From: Ascidiella aspersa
Lineage: Eukaryota
Assembly: GCA_963924565.1 (NCBI GenBank)
Contig: OZ004607.1
Coordinates: 27,280,001-27,344,000, forward strand
Reading direction: 5' to 3'
DNA: 64,000 nt
Program-made: the position numbers and the translations under genes
Part shown: piece by piece, positions 36,201 through 51,100 of the stretch
Position numbering within the stretch: the first letter of the stretch is position 1
How the letters are laid out: every line of letters starts with the position of its first letter
The notes under the pieces: model-generated
The model's database searches: none
Seen by the model: only the letters and a program-made list of their open reading frames with translations
What the model was told of the DNA's origin: nothing

Positions 36201-39176
36201 CGACGTCATCGCTGCTCCCGATGACGTCAGCGATCGTCGCGTCCACCGCGGCTTGTTGTTTAAACTGCAAGGAAGAGAACCTGTCGCTCACCGAGTACGC
36301 TCGAACGGGTTCGGCCAGATCGAGGAGGTTGTGTGCCGGTTCTGAAACCAAAAAATGTGGTTAAAACCGCGTTATACTAAAAATGGTTATGTTTACTTAG
36401 CAATGAAGCATAGCCTGACGTGCGTGGTCCACGAAATATTGGCAAATAACATATTTTTTGGATACTGGTAATCGTTAAATGCTATAGGCAACAGAGCTTG
36501 ACAAAAAAGGGGAGCAATTACCGTAACACCTCGAAACGTTTTTGAATTAAAAATATTGCTTGAACTTAACATATTATATGTGTACTACCAAGGTAACGTA
36601 GTACCGGATGCTTTGCTAACAACATACAACAAAGCAGTCTTAGTTGATGCAGAAACCAGAAGGAGTTAAATGAAGAAATGTGCTAGCCCTAAAATAAAAG
36701 TTTGATATCAGGTGTTGTGTTGTGAGGTGAATAAGCAAATTAAAATTCCAAAACCGATTTAGCCCTCTATAAAAATCGGTGATTTTATTTTCCAAGCAAG
36801 CATTCAACACCGAGTTATTTCACAAAACATAATGGCATCACCTGCTTAAGAATTGTAGCGGTGTGCGCACACGGGTAATCACACCTAAACTTCGATTGGT
36901 GAAACGAAAATACGTGATCACTGGCACAACCAATAAAAACCTCTACGTTTTGCAACTTTCGTTACCTTGCGACAACGTCAGTTTCCGAACAACGAAAAGC
37001 AAGGGTCGCTAAATGTTTACTGTTTATAGAGCGGACTGCGTGCGTGACATCCATCTGAACGGCGAAAGCTGACAGGTTAGCACGGCCGTAAAAATTCCCT
37101 CTTTCGCGCGAGCTCCGGAAGCACCGCTGTCCCCGAGTTACGTCGATGGATGCTGTTGCTGCTTTTTGCCGGGCTTAGGCTGGCTCTCGCGCCAAGAGAG
37201 GGTCGTGATGTGATGGCTCGCTACGAAACGCAACCGAACAATAACCGGGCGCAATCGAGGCGCTGAGGCTGAGGTGTTGTTTAGGTTTTTAGGCGACAGG
37301 AAGGACCCGTGACAGGCGAAGCTCGTCCGGACCATTTTTCACGTTTAAAAACGACGACGACGACGACGACGATTTCGGGAATCCCCGTTGGAAAAGTTTT
37401 CGCTCGCCCCACGTAACAACACAATCGGCCTGCTGACGGATTAGATATGAGGAACGTGCGGGGCGGGTCCGGTTTCGTTCTATGGTCATCGCTTGCACGT
37501 AAACACGGGAATTTGCAACGTGAGGCGTGCGGCAGACACAAGGATCAACCTGCCGGCCGAAGTATGCTACAGCAGCCTGGCGTAAAAGTCGCAAAATTCT
37601 AACTAAAACAACCGGCGAAAAAAAGTTTATAAATTCCTCGTGTTTTTTTCAAAAAAACAGTAACTTATTTCTTGATTGTCATAATCGTGTCAAGTTTATT
37701 CGAAGCAAAACTTATGAAATGGTCGATTGCACAATACGCAAATGAACATAAACAGTTAAAAGTTGAATTGGCAATTAAGATGTTTCTGGTAGCTTGTAAA
37801 CTAAGTCAATTGTTTTTGATTCAATGTTTTTCCGTGCAAAAATGCTCAACACGAATAGAATCACAGCCAGTAGGCAGCTGACTAGATGACTTCAGTCTTT
37901 CGCTGCCCCTAGGACCTACAGACGCTTCTTTTCTTTTTCATTTTTTTTTTCTATGTATATACCGTTGTTTCGAAATAAATTTAAATCTCTGGTTCCACTG
38001 TCAGTATATCCACAAATATCTACCTGGACTTGGCGTATCAGCGTCGCTAGGGGGCGTGAAGACCTCCTGTAGAACACGACTGGCGTTGGTGTAAAATGCA
38101 GATGGACTTCCAGCCGCGTGGTAGAAAATCTAACAAAACAAACAAAAGGGTAACAAACTATCAAACAAAGGGGTTTTATTAAACGTCAAAAAGGCAAAGT
38201 ACTGATTGCTGTTTAAAATCTAAAGAAATGTTGGCCCGCAAAACTAACTCGTATGTTGAATTCATTTACTATCGCTAAGGTTGGCATCCAAAATGTTTTG
38301 CGCTTTGATAATTGAGTTTATTTTTCAATATTTAGTATATCATTTGTGCCACTAAACAGCCTATAGTGAAAATCTAGTATCCACATATGTGTAAATCATT
38401 TTTACCGTATGGTAAGATCTTTATAGACATAGATTGATCTATATTGGGTAGCTAAAAACAAAACAAAGCTGCTGCCGCACACCTCTTGGTCGGAATGTGG
38501 GGTGGCACTCCGGTCGCCCACCGACATCGCGTCGCTATGGCAACTGTAGCTCCGCCACTCCCTCTTCACTCCAGTGACGTCATCGAGACCAAAATGCGTT
38601 CCTGACGGGGGAGAAGACTTAACGGGGGTCGAGCCCGGACTGTGAATGCCGCTGTCCGTATCCGAGAATGTCTGAACATTGCTAAACTGTTGCTCGCAGC
38701 TTGACGTCATTGAGTCATGACGTAGGGTCATCGTTGAACTATGTGACGTCATCGAATCGTAAGGTACTTGCTGATGGGTATTGGTCGTGTGGCCTTGGTA
38801 ACAGTATTTGATTTGACTAAGGTCTGAATTAGGACTGCAATTGTTTATTTCATGGCGCCTGTCGAATGACTGGGGACGCGGAGTGATGTCACAATTACTG
38901 CTGCCCATGTCATTGACCATGTCGAAGAAAGACAGGCTGTTGTTCAGAACCTCCGTGACATCCTCATCACCCAATAACTTGCCGCCGTCGACGTTAAACA
39001 AATCTAAAACATCGAGCGGATTTTAGCGTTTAATATACATATTTATGTAAGAATCTCAAATTTCTTTATGTTAAAACGCTCTACTTACCTTCAAATATTA
39101 AGTTGGTCTCTAAATCGAAGATGGAAGATTTGCTACCAGGAAAAAATGACTGCTCCCAGTCTAATTGCTGCGTCAT
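30233..39176 (-). CDS. Ese: ESE-class ETS transcription factor (ELF3/EHF/ELF5 orthologue), short isoform
   Basis: Exons 39176-39089, 39003-38483, 38129-38024, 36341-35760, 32823-32631, 31271-31093, 30552-30233 splice in frame. ETS domain [61 protein letters not shown]|[27 protein letters not shown] is diagnostic of the ESE subfamily. The donor of the penultimate exon is uncertain; read-through stops at 30953. Confidence 0.88.
31093..32823 (-). CDS. Ese: ETS DNA-binding domain exons (32823-32631, 31271-31093)
   Basis: Phase-2 intron inside RAMR|YYY (CG|GTGAG...CAG|G); strong match to EHF/ELF3 ETS domains. Confidence 0.95.
36052..36084 (-). repeat. Coding CAG/CAA microsatellite (Q11) in the ETS gene
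   Basis: Reads (CTG)8 TTG CTG TTG on the + strand; [15 protein letters not shown]. Confidence 0.9.
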
Positions 39177-42100
39177 CTCTTCGGTGTTTGAAATATCCTG
39201 CTAAAATATAAAGTTGCTGTAATAATCTAATATGCCTTTGAACAACGTTTTTACTATAAATAAAAGATATTTTCGACAGTTTTTTCATACAAAAAACTTA
39301 CTATCGCTTACAAAATAGTTAAACAACCCACCTTTGTATCTTTGTTGGGTTGGTCCTTTGAGTCTTTACAGACGTTTTTACTCTCTAAGAAATCTAAAGA
39401 CAGAAAAAACATTGTTAAGGAAATATTTTGCTGCACAACGTAAATAGTTGACGTCACGAGACGTCACCAGGTGCCATCTTGCAAAAAATCAAAACACTGC
39501 AGGCAGAAGCAGAACCGTCGATCCTCACAGCCGTTCGCGCACGGCGCAAAGGCAAAGCCGCTTAACCGTTGTGAGCATTCGCCCACCATATCCTTTCTAC
39601 AGGTTTGCTCTGGTACCCACGCGCTCCAAAGAAGCTATGTTTAAACGACGGCATTTGTTTTTGCGAGCCGGCCGCGGGCCAGGTATGGGGTGACTAGAGG
39701 GTGGCTGCGGGGCAGGGCCGCGTTTAAAATAATGCGACCGCTTCCGTTGCTCGGCGCGCGTTATTAATAAGCAAAACATGCATGTTTTCTTGGCGAACAC
39801 AAACAATAGTATGCAAATGCGTTGCGCCGCCTGCACAAGGGGTGGAAAGACGGGGGACCAATGGCCTAGTTTATACCTCGACATTGGCATTTCTACACGA
39901 AATACAAAAATCTCAAACCTTCGCCGGTTGTTACGACGCGTTGAGCATTACTACTTCGACAACTTGTAACACAGATCTCCTAAAAGGATATTTTAAAAAT
40001 GTATGATTTAACATCTACATCATATATATATGCCAGCCGAAAAATATAACGAAAAACTTCTGTTACTAAGCACTGTCAGTGGAACAATAGAGTAGCTGTA
40101 GCATTAAAACTAAACATCGCTATTTCACATTCTGTTATCCCGTTTGACCTATTGTATTCTTAAACTTTGCTAAAGTACTATAAAAGTTCGTAAACAAATG
40201 TGGTCCATATACTGCTACACTTAAAGAAAACTTAAAATATGCAAACACACATATCATCATTAATTTAAGTTGGCTTTTTTAGTGAATAAAATTACTACAT
40301 AAAAAAAACCCTCGTTTACACAAATATTCAAGGACGCCATTGTACTACAAATATACAAAAAACGATACTTTGTTGCAACACAACTTGGTTGATGCGTATA
40401 AAAATTTAAAAATAAAATTCTAAGAAGCTTTGCGATAAAGTGAACGCTACTCTGCTGAAACTGATAATGACCGTTAAAACAAAAAAATAACACTAAACCA
40501 TAAAAACTTCCAACAGCTGCAAGTATAACGTGATTTTAAATGAACCTAATCGCTTTCATTATCGGAATAGATCCTCATAATGCTAACACTTTCGCAATCA
40601 TGACGCGTAACTACTCTCCGTGCGCCCATGTGCGACTATTTCGTTTTCTAGGACCTCGTCCGCGAAAAGCGTTGCAATTAAAACCAGCCTAGGCTCTCCC
40701 GGCTGGATCCGTGACTGAGCGTATTGTGAGCGACATTTTCGGTCGCGTCCTGACTCAATGGACGACCGGCGTCATCACATTGCTGCTGCTTATGTGAAAA
40801 AAGAAGAAGGCTCTCTTCTGTTGGAAGGCAAAACAGTGGTTTGTTTATTCGCCAGAGACAACGGGATTTTGCGACACGTTGTTATTTAGTTGATTTTAAG
40901 TGTGCATTGGATCACTTTTAAAAGACCGGTTCCGTTTTACATATTTGCTTTACAAATCAATAGTTTAAGCGGCAATCGCATCGCCCTAACGAATTATTTA
41001 CACCTAAATAAGTATATAAATATTTATCCATTTAAAAAAATAAAATAAAATAAAATCTGAAATACAACCTTATTATAAAAGCCAGTAAATATTACTTTGA
41101 CTCTATGTCTTAAACTCAAGTCAAGCAACTCCTAATATGCAAGCGACTTAACAGACCAAAAGTATGATATAAAATATTGCGTTGCCAACCGATCGTTTGT
41201 AATATTTGAAGCAGCTACTGCAGTTAAAGAAAGTCTTGACCCTATGCCATTACTGTTTTAGGAACACTTGCACCTGGACTGAATAACGTGCTTGTATAGC
41301 TATATGGACCACGGCCCCATACGGGGTCAAGCTTGTACGGATTAATCTTGCAACGATGAACAACTTTTTAAAGTGAAACTTCGTAAACATGCCTTTGTAC
41401 GCGTACAGTTAAAATGAGCACGACAAGCTAGTGGAGAAACATCCGACGCCCCTTAAAACGCATTGCAACATGTTCAAGTTTCAATTGATGTATGGTACAA
41501 GTTTCACTTGGCGGAGTCGCTTTTTGCCGCGAAAACGAAAGTAATGCAGACGGCGATATTTGTCATGTGTATCATCCCTGCAACTACGTAACACCTCTTG
41601 AATGATATATTATTATGGTATTATTGTCGCATAGCAAGGTTGTTTAATATAGTTTACTAAACCAAATCTTGAGTTAATTTGGCCGGGTCCCTCTCCCACA
41701 TAAAGTAATCAATATTACGTGTCTCAATGGTTGCTTAGTCGGAAATAAATAAGGAACGTATAGAACAAAAAATCATCTTTTCGGTAATAGAAACTGACAC
41801 GAATGATTTTAAGCCACTGTAAGTCTATGTCAACAACGAAATGTTAACTAAATTAAGTCTAATTTGCGCGAGCGAACTTATCATAAAACAAAACAATGCA
41901 CAGATACCCTCGATTTATGGTGAAATAACACATGCACAAAATGCCTGACAATGCACCGGAACCTATAGCCGATGCACGGCCGATGGGCGGCTTTATTGGT
42001 TGCACACACAAGACAAGAAAAGAACGTCCATAGACCGGGTAACTGCTCCTGTCATGTACTAATTTACGCATCCGCATAGGCTTGTAGGTACGACAAAGTT

Positions 42101-43350
42101 CTATTTAGCTTAAAAAGTGACATATCGTCCACCGACCCTATATGCAGCAGGGGGAATTTCGCAGGGACAAAGGAGGTGCTACCGCGCGCGTGTTTTTTGT
42201 TCATCATTTATGGTTCGCGACGGAGATGGCCTTACTCACAACCTAAAACGTAACGTACGCTGAAAGTTTAACTATTTTTTCGCCTAAGCTAAATTACAAT
42301 CTAAACGGCGTATCAAAAGGCAGGTGACACAGTGGCCATTGAAATAAATAAAATACCAAGCTAACGACATTTTAATGTTTAAAGGGAAAAGCTTTGGTTA
42401 ACAATTTGGAATATCACGTGAATATTCAAGAAAACGATGGCGTTCAAAAGTAAGGTAAAGGTCACAAAGAACTCAACTATAGGCCAAACGTACACCTAAC
42501 TTATTTTTATATGTTTGCGATAGATAGGTCAGATTTTTAGCTGAACAAAAATTAGTTTAAAAAAGCGATAAAATAAAATGTTTTTCAATTAATAAACATT
42601 ACTTTAGTGCTAGTTGGGCATAAATAATAAGTTACGTTTCCTATATAAACAATTGTGCTGCTACATTTTTACACAAGTTCATTCAGCAATTCAGGTTGAT
42701 AAGGGTTGTTTGGCAAAGCGAAACACATTCATCGAAACGTGTAAGGCGCCACGTCATTGCGTGACACAACACACTTGCGCCTGCATAACCCAACAAGTTG
42801 TTGCACAATGTCTTCTATTTGCCGTTGGGTGAACTGCACCGCGTTGCGTTACATACCACAACCGATTGCAAATATAGCAACACCGTGAAATCACATTAGC
42901 ATTCGTGTATGGTATAGGTGAGCTGGCTGTAACGGGCCTGATGCAGAACTTCGACCTGCACAAACTAAGAGAGCCTTTTTGTATACCGGGTAAAGGCTTG
43001 CAATAAATTGGCGATGATCCATTGCTCGTAAACACCCATAGAAATGTCCGATACTTATTTTTATTTCGATACCCGATGTTGTTAAAGAACAATACTTTAA
43101 AGCTGGTAAACTGTGTTATTGTTAGTAAACAATTTTTTTGCAAAACAATTACCTTTCGAATTGGAAAACGTTCAGTTAGATTGCAAACCTTTGCTGAAAG
43201 TTTAAATTAATTAGGTTTTGGATCAGCACCGATACCACGCTCGTATCGGGCGAGTACTAACATTTAGCACCGGTATCGGCTAAGATCCAATATTATCGGA
43301 TATCCCTAATCCAGACAATTTAATTACCCAAAAAACATCAGATTACTTAC

Positions 43351-45169
43351 CGTCGCAGACAAAGCGCTTCCAGCTTTCGTCCCGGTCAGAAAAGCTGGCG
43401 AGAACGGACGAAGAGCGCTTCGAGCCCGCTTTCAGATCGCAGCCGCCTCTGCTCGCGCATGTGAACGCGTTGGAGGAAGCGCTCAAGATTGGATCTCGAC
43501 TCTCAATGAGTTCGTCGTCGGACTCGCAAGGAAGAGTTCGTACCCGCGATACGTCAGCGGCCATCGAATCGCCGGGGATGTCGCCCGCTTCTTTCAAGTC
43601 GCAATCGCTCAGAAAGGGGTCCGAGTCGGGCGGGAGGATGGCGTCGGATGTACCGCCACCGCCGCCGCAGCAGTCCAAAGTTTCGCGGATCGTTTCCGCC
43701 GAGGCGAGGTCGCGCGACGCCAGGTCGGAAAGCGCTTGCGTGAGCGGCAGTGCGTGGCTCGACAGCGCCGTCGCGTGATCAACAGTGGACTCGGGCAGCT
43801 TAGCATCAGCATCAGCAGCAGAAGTGTTGGGAGTTATAGCGACAGTGGCAGTAGTGGAAGCAGTAACGGTGGTTGGTCTGGTCTGAGTGGAGCTTTTCCT
43901 TACTTGCGGTTTACGAACGGTCACGCTGACAGTCTTGCACGGCGGCTGGGACGGGGGCGGCGAGGGGCGCTTCTGCTGCTTCTTTTGCTGTCCTTTGGCC
44001 GGTTCGAAATTGGTGTGGTGCCACTTGAGCGGCGTCGATCCCTTGCCGCGTGACCACGGCGAACGCAACACGAGGGCGCCGTTGCGCGGCAGCTGCTTGG
44101 CCACCCGCTTTACGGCAGCTTCGGTGCGGCTGCCTCCACGCAACACCGACTTCACAGTCACGTTACATGTCTTCAGCAGCTGAGCGAACTCCTTGGGCGT
44201 GAGCGTGGTCCGGCTCGGCGGACTTTCCCCGCCGGCCTTTGGCGATAAAACGGTGACCACGCGCGGCCTCTTTTCCGCTCGCGGGCCTTTATTAGTATTG
44301 TCACTTGGTCGTTGGGCTTCTAACGCCGTGGCGCAATCCGAAGGTTGCCGCGCGTCGGCTTCAGTACCCAGGTCGGTTTTCCCGAGCACAGTGTCGTGCG
44401 GGTGACTGGCCACGCCGGTTTGAGTTAAGTCAATGGTGGGTATGGCACTGACAGGTTTGCAGTCCTCGTCGCTACTTTGCTTCTGCTGATGCTGGGCAAA
44501 AGTGCTGGCCAAGCCGTTCAGCTTGCTGGTGATGTCACCGTCCAGCGCCTTCTGCTTCAGCGAGGCGATTATTTTATCCAGCGGCTTCCTGTGATCGAAA
44601 GCGGACTCTTATTGTTCGAAGCGTGGGCTATTGTTGGTGCCTTGATGACGGGTTGTTTAGTATGTCCTATGCTGTGCCAGCGTACTTTCGTTGGGTAGCT
44701 ATATTTTAATTACAAACAATGCAAAACTTTAAACGCGTTGATTATATATTTCTTTCGAAATAAAAGCATTTATTTAACTGACCCGCACCACTAGTAACTC
44801 ATTACAATACTATTAAGGGGCTATCTAGAGAAGGGGTGAACAATGAATAAAAATAGACTAAAGTCGGGCTTTTTAGTGGAGTGTCTGAACGTTGCTTAAT
44901 TACGCAAGTTAATTTCATTTTATTTTCCGACATTACATATAGCAGAAAACTTTGCCCATTACAGAACGAAATGTAACAAGTTAAATCTACTGAAAAAAAT
45001 TATGAAACCACTTCTACCGCAGATTAGCAAACAAACTAGCAAAGAATTGTAGTAAGTTCTCAACTCACTGAACGAATTTCGATGTCTCGTCTTTTGTCAC
45101 AAAACACCGCTTGACGTTGTTTTCCCGCTGGTCGAAAGAAACGACGATCGGCTCCGAAAGGTCGAACAT
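43351..45169 (-). CDS. Two upstream coding exons (45169-45069, 44588-43351): probable long N-terminal isoform of the ETS gene, or a separate low-complexity protein
   Basis: ATG TTC GAC...GTT CA|GTGAGT (phase 2) joins CAG|G AAG CCG at 44588. The 1238-bp GC-rich open exon ends TGC GAC G|GTAAGT (phase 1), compatible with the acceptor at 39003. Confidence 0.7.
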
Positions 45170-48100
45170 CTTCCTTTTTGTGATGTAATCGTGATCCGAG
45201 CGCCCGTGAGTGATCATGTGATTGTACTGAACGGCAGTCATCGCGGAATGTAAAGTGTGCAGAAAACGCTACGTACCGCCACCAAGCGGTCAAGTTACTT
45301 TAGGTACATGTCCGTTAGGTGACGCAAATGCATTTGCATAGTCTAAAAATAAAAGGTCGGTAAAAAACAAAAAAGTCGTTACTGATGAGGTTACACTATC
45401 TTGGTAAAGGGTTTTACTCGAAAACTTGACTCAAACTTTGTCACTTAAAATCATGCGTGGCTAAATAAGTATGACGGATGAATTCATGTGCTTTGCAAAG
45501 AAATATACTTTCTACGTAAAAAAATTTCTACAACAGGCAGTAAAATGACAATGAAATTTCGACTTGTCTAGTTCTACATCTTATTAACAACAAAACTTTA
45601 TCAGCTGTAAGAGTTACATACCTAAAAGTCTTTCAAATAAGTAACAATGCGAAACCTAATATTGTGCAATATCAGACAAACCAAATTGTATACAATATGT
45701 AGGTTTTAACAAACAAATAGTTAACTTTACGGTAGTCACAGTATTAACAACGGTTGCGATTAAAAAAGTGGCATTTTGAATGTATTGTTGTTAATGTCTG
45801 GTATTTAACTGCAAAACAAAATTCGGTGCGTAAAAGAACACTAGTCAGTTGCACCCAGGATTCCCTAAAGCTCTAAAGTCTATGAGCCGGTACGCCCGAA
45901 TTAGTCTAAAATTACAGTCTGCGTTTGATCGTTCTCGATTTTGCCTTCTATTCTGACCTATCGTTCGGCTATGTTGGTCGTCGGTCTTGGCTCCCATGCT
46001 AACTGACTGAGCACACCCAATATCTGGCAAATATTGACTGGTCGAAGGTCTCAAATACCTCGTTTTGTCGCATGTGTGTGGAATGGTGGGTGTGACCAAA
46101 TAAGCTCATTGGTTTATGTTGCTACTGTCTCGTATAAAATCAAATCCTTTAAACTGTACACATATGTGCACAGTCGGAATGAATAGATAAGAAAAGCTGA
46201 TCACAACAGTATCTGAAAATCGTTTTGAATGCTGTCCATTTTGCAGACCTGCCAATTAATCGCTTCGTTTACTTCTTAATATGACAAGGAGTTGTGTAAA
46301 CTATGACAAATTTCGACTTACGCCGATAAGTGGACTTATGTGCGCTTTGTTGCCATTCGATCGTAATATCCCGGTGGAATAAACGCCAAGTGCTTCTCCT
46401 TTATATGTCTGGCTACGAATCACGAATCATATGTATTAACGGTGGTACCACAACTTAAAAAGTTTTTTTACAAATGGACTTTATGAGGGAGAAACGTTCG
46501 AAACGATCGAATGAGTCACCCAAGCGACTTCACGTTGATTTCCATGTGCCTTCAAGCAATACAGAGCGTAATACCGGCTGGTAACGCTCCTTCAAGCAGC
46601 CTAACGATCAATTTAAAATACAACCATCGTTCCCCAATTACACCAGATTTCTACTAAATAAAGAAACTCGCGATTGCATGATTGAGTTATAGCATAAGGC
46701 GGGGGAAACCTGAAAATGCCTGCTGTGGACTGGAGTCTGATGGCATTTGAATGATTTAAACTAACACGTGGCGAAAAAAAGTTTCTACAGTTATACTATT
46801 AGGTCGAGTACAATACAGTTATAGTACACTTAACAAGCTGAGGTATGCTTGGTACTACGTTCCATGCTTACAAGCGTGTAACCGTTCCAAACCGTTGCAT
46901 TTACCCCAAAAATGTAGGAACAAATGTTTTGTGCGTAAATAACTGATATAACTGACATTTTGCTATTACCAAATGTGGAAAACCGAAATGAATTAAATTA
47001 CAAGTTGCTAATTAATAATCCTGTATGACGTGTATGAGTTTTGTTGCTACGCAATTACAGCGTCATGAATAGAAACACTGTCGCAAATTCGAAATCAATC
47101 GTAAATCTTGGAAACATTTTTATGTTACTGGGCATACGAAATGCAAATGATTAATAATAATTGATACATCAAGCAGAATGTCACGAGTTTCACTTTGACT
47201 TTTTTCCTTGAATCATTCAACGGCAAAATAAACTTTCGTTTTATTCCAATTTAGTAGCCTTACATGTGTGGTTTGTATTTCTGAGTCCTTGGATTGTTGT
47301 GAATTTATAATTTGCGTTAGTTGATGTTTGTTTTAACGGTTCCAAACTGTGAAACAAAGACTTTCGTTTTGCGGAACCGCTAGATTATTTATAAAACCAT
47401 AACTAGCTTGAAAGTAGTGTTGCGAAAAAGACGAAAGTAGTATTGCGAAAAAGACAGCCATATATGGCGAAATTCATAAACAATATAGCAAGGCCTATGG
47501 TATTTCCACTTAACTACCTCCTGTTTGTGTACCACAGTTGACCATGAACAAAGTAGTTGCAAAAAATAAAGGAAACTTACCACATGTATTTTGATCATAA
47601 TCTACGTGAATATTTAACCACCAATTTTAAAAATATATATATTTATGTACCTTGAACGTTAACGAAATTGTTGGGACTTTTAATTTATTCACACAAGAAA
47701 TACAAACTTTAGGTAGGTATTCGACTGTTACAGCATAACAAAGTACAAAATATAATGAAGACATTTTACCGGAACTGTACGTTTATGTAGTGAACGGCAT
47801 TGTTTTTTCATATACGACAGAACAGGGTAAACTATAGAAAGCAACGTATCTCTCTTTACAAGGCTTACTTGCTTGTTCGTTCTTACAATTTAAATGTCTT
47901 TTAAAAATAAAGAGTTATTCGAAACGTTCAAAATGCTACCTACTTCTGTATGGGCTTAGATATTGTTATTCCGTCTTACGGCAACATTCAACCATTATGC
48001 TCCTAAATGTCTTTTGTTTAAAAACTTTCGACTTATATTTGGCGCTGTGTGAACTTTGCAGAATCTAACGCCACAGGTTCAAATATCAGTTTGTTTCATA

Positions 48101-51100
48101 GATTAGTCAACCACGTTTGCAATGATACACTTGTTGTTCCATTTAGAAGCAGAATAGCGTACAACACAAAAACCGGCAAACGGGGGAAAGCACCGAATGG
48201 CCGGTGACGTAGTGCGGGGCGTGTTTCTCATTTCAAAAACATCCCTTTCCGACTCGTTTCCCGTTTTTTGCGCGCGCCACTCCAAAAGGACGTGACGAGG
48301 TTTTGACTCGACCAAAAAACTTGCCGGAATCGCGTAAATGGCTTATCGAGGAAAGAAGCTCCGGTCACAATTTACGGTGAACGTAACACAACCTTACCGA
48401 TTTGGTTCTTGATGTTTTTTTTCATTTGCACTCGCCATGTTTACGGAATATCGTTTTCCAGTCGACTTTAAAATACAAGTAAATATACTTTTATTTCTAG
48501 TTGTTACGAATAGCATCATAGTATGAGAAACGTTGTTCGACCAAGGAAATTAACATTTAATGACATCACACGAAGTATCAAAACTAGAGGTTAGCCTAAA
48601 ATCTGACGAACCAAATGGTTTAAACACAGGTTTACTGCAGAAACTGACGTAGAACAATGTATAAGTTAAAACAGTAGCTCATAAAAATATGCGTCAAATT
48701 TAAATTAAAAAAACTCAGATAAAACGTTTAATACGGTACAGGCGCAAAATAGTTTGTTTGTTTGTTTGTTAAAATGGTTATTTTGTTTGCCTAACAGCAT
48801 ATATAATAGTAACTTTGCTCACAAACTTTCACCTTAGTCTTTGTCCAAGCTAAATAGCACATATAAAAACAAGATTACTACTAATAAAACCAATCTCACA
48901 CCTATATTGCAAACGTTATATGACGGAATATTTTGTAAAACGGATTTTGTTTAGTTCCATATTCAGTATTCTGATCGATTCTTCCCAAACGTGATTATGG
49001 GGTCGTTCTCCACGCAAATGCCAGGCCATTTTCGCTCGATAGGTGAGTTTAAGAAGTATTGATTGCATTATCTACTCGTACAACCTCGGATAAGTTGAAA
49101 TCCACCTGTAAGCATAACGGCTACAGGTTTGCGTTTACAGTTGAGTGATACGTTCTGAGGCACGCCCAAAAAGCAAACCCTAACCTTCGACAAAGTCAAA
49201 TTACACCACAGGATTTCATAATTTGAACAAATAACGCTTATTTTAAGTCAACACGGAAATCAGTTGTTATCTTGAAAAACGAGCTTGCTACCTTAGTGTG
49301 GCTAAAACATAAATATGCAACATTTTACAGTGAAAAACCTAGCCTTGGATGAACGTTTTTTCTCACACACATTCCGCCTTCATGGCGTTACAGTTGGTGC
49401 ACATTCCAGCAATATTCACAAACGGAAGGCTTGTGCTTGTGCGAATATTTACCCACAGAGGCAAATTGCTACATCCTGGGTAACTTATGTTGAACCATAA
49501 AAAGGGTGCCAAAATGTGGAGTGAGCATAGCCAAAACTAATATTGCAGGTAGTCAATTTCGTTTAAGTAATATGGATATTGTTGAAACATACACTATTAC
49601 TTATCCACAGTCAAGTGAATGTTTTCAACAAACAATGATCGGTATATAAACCCGCATTAGTACTATCACAAACCCTGAAATCCAAGTGTTTATTTCTAAT
49701 TAAATCGCTTTTTATTTGATAACTTTACTCGACCTTATTAACGTCCATCGTAGGTGTTTAGTGGCTACTGATCAACGGAAGTAAAGCAATCGTCTATGCA
49801 GAGTGAAAATTAGCATAGAAGATATATGAAAATTAGCCGTAGAAGTTACTGTATATAGTAAACTGAAAATAAAGATGGTAGATTATAAAGAGCATATACA
49901 GCATGACACTACGCCGATCCTACGACATTCTTTTAACACAGGGAGGCAAATAGTTTACCGCGAATAAACGGTTGGCAGAAATATTGTAAATAACCTCATG
50001 GCCAGCATATAACCGAATTGACTTCATCCTTCGGGTAAAGAAAAACGAAATCAAACAAAAGTTTCACCAACATGAAAACCTAATGTCGCCTCCTGACGAC
50101 CTACGCTTCCCCACAGTAGCCGATTTGTTGCTGCCGTGTGCTGCGTAACGAAGCTGATTCACAGCAAAGCGTGATGTGACGGTGACGCGCCGGAACACTA
50201 GAGGAACAACGTTAGATAAGCTTCTTCGCCACTAGAAATGGACAGTCTTTTTTAACGCCGAACCGTTACGAAAAAAGCCAGTCAAGAATCCGAATCGCGT
50301 TATCCGCCGTGGATTTGGTCTTGCAAACGGGTTCGGGCATTTTCTATGCACAAACTCGACGTAGAGCAAGCTCAGTCCACGTCGCTATACATCAACGGGC
50401 AGCAAGTCGGGGAACGGAAGCAGCACCAGCGTTATAGCGAGCCTACGCTGTCGGGCGCATTTCTATGCCATCGTGCTTTCTATATACAGTACTGACACCG
50501 CTTAACTTTGCTCTGTACAGCATCCGCGGTTTGGATTTGAAGTCACGCCGTTGTGGGACCTCGAAAGGAAATCCACACTCGGCGCCCGATACGGCTATTA
50601 AAGCGCCGGCACCGCCAGATCTCCCTGCTTCCTATTATTCTGTAAATACATCGCTTCCTATCGCACACGCACACAATACTACACACTCTATGTCCACCCA
50701 TACATACACGTTTCGCATTCATTGGAGACCTTAAGAAACCGGCCGCAATGGGTTAAGGCCGCTACCGGTGTGTGAGCGTTGAAGTATGACAGCCGCGTAA
50801 GTTTGCACTCTTTGAGCTCCGTTCAGTTTACAGCGCATGCAGCACGCCTCATGCGCGACCGGTGGCTTGCGCTGTAGATAGCAGAAGGATTAAGTATTTT
50901 GCTTGGTGCACTATAAACCTACCACCGTTTCTCACCGCATAGAATGGAGCTTGTTGACTTCTTTGTGAACCAATTTATTCGAATTTCGACATTCCATCCT
51001 CATGATGCGCGACTATACGAACAATGATAAGTTGATAACAATTCTTCTAACCAATAGTCATACAGTAAACAGAGTTTAAAAACTTCCAATTTTAGAAGAT

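Noticed and set aside
35701-36345. 214-aa plus-strand ORF with poly-Leu
   Set aside because: Antisense shadow of the polyQ-containing ETS exon.
48602-48630. Second hammerhead-like string CTGACGA-ACCAAATGGT-TTAAAC
   Set aside because: Lacks the invariant GAAA box and stems I and III.
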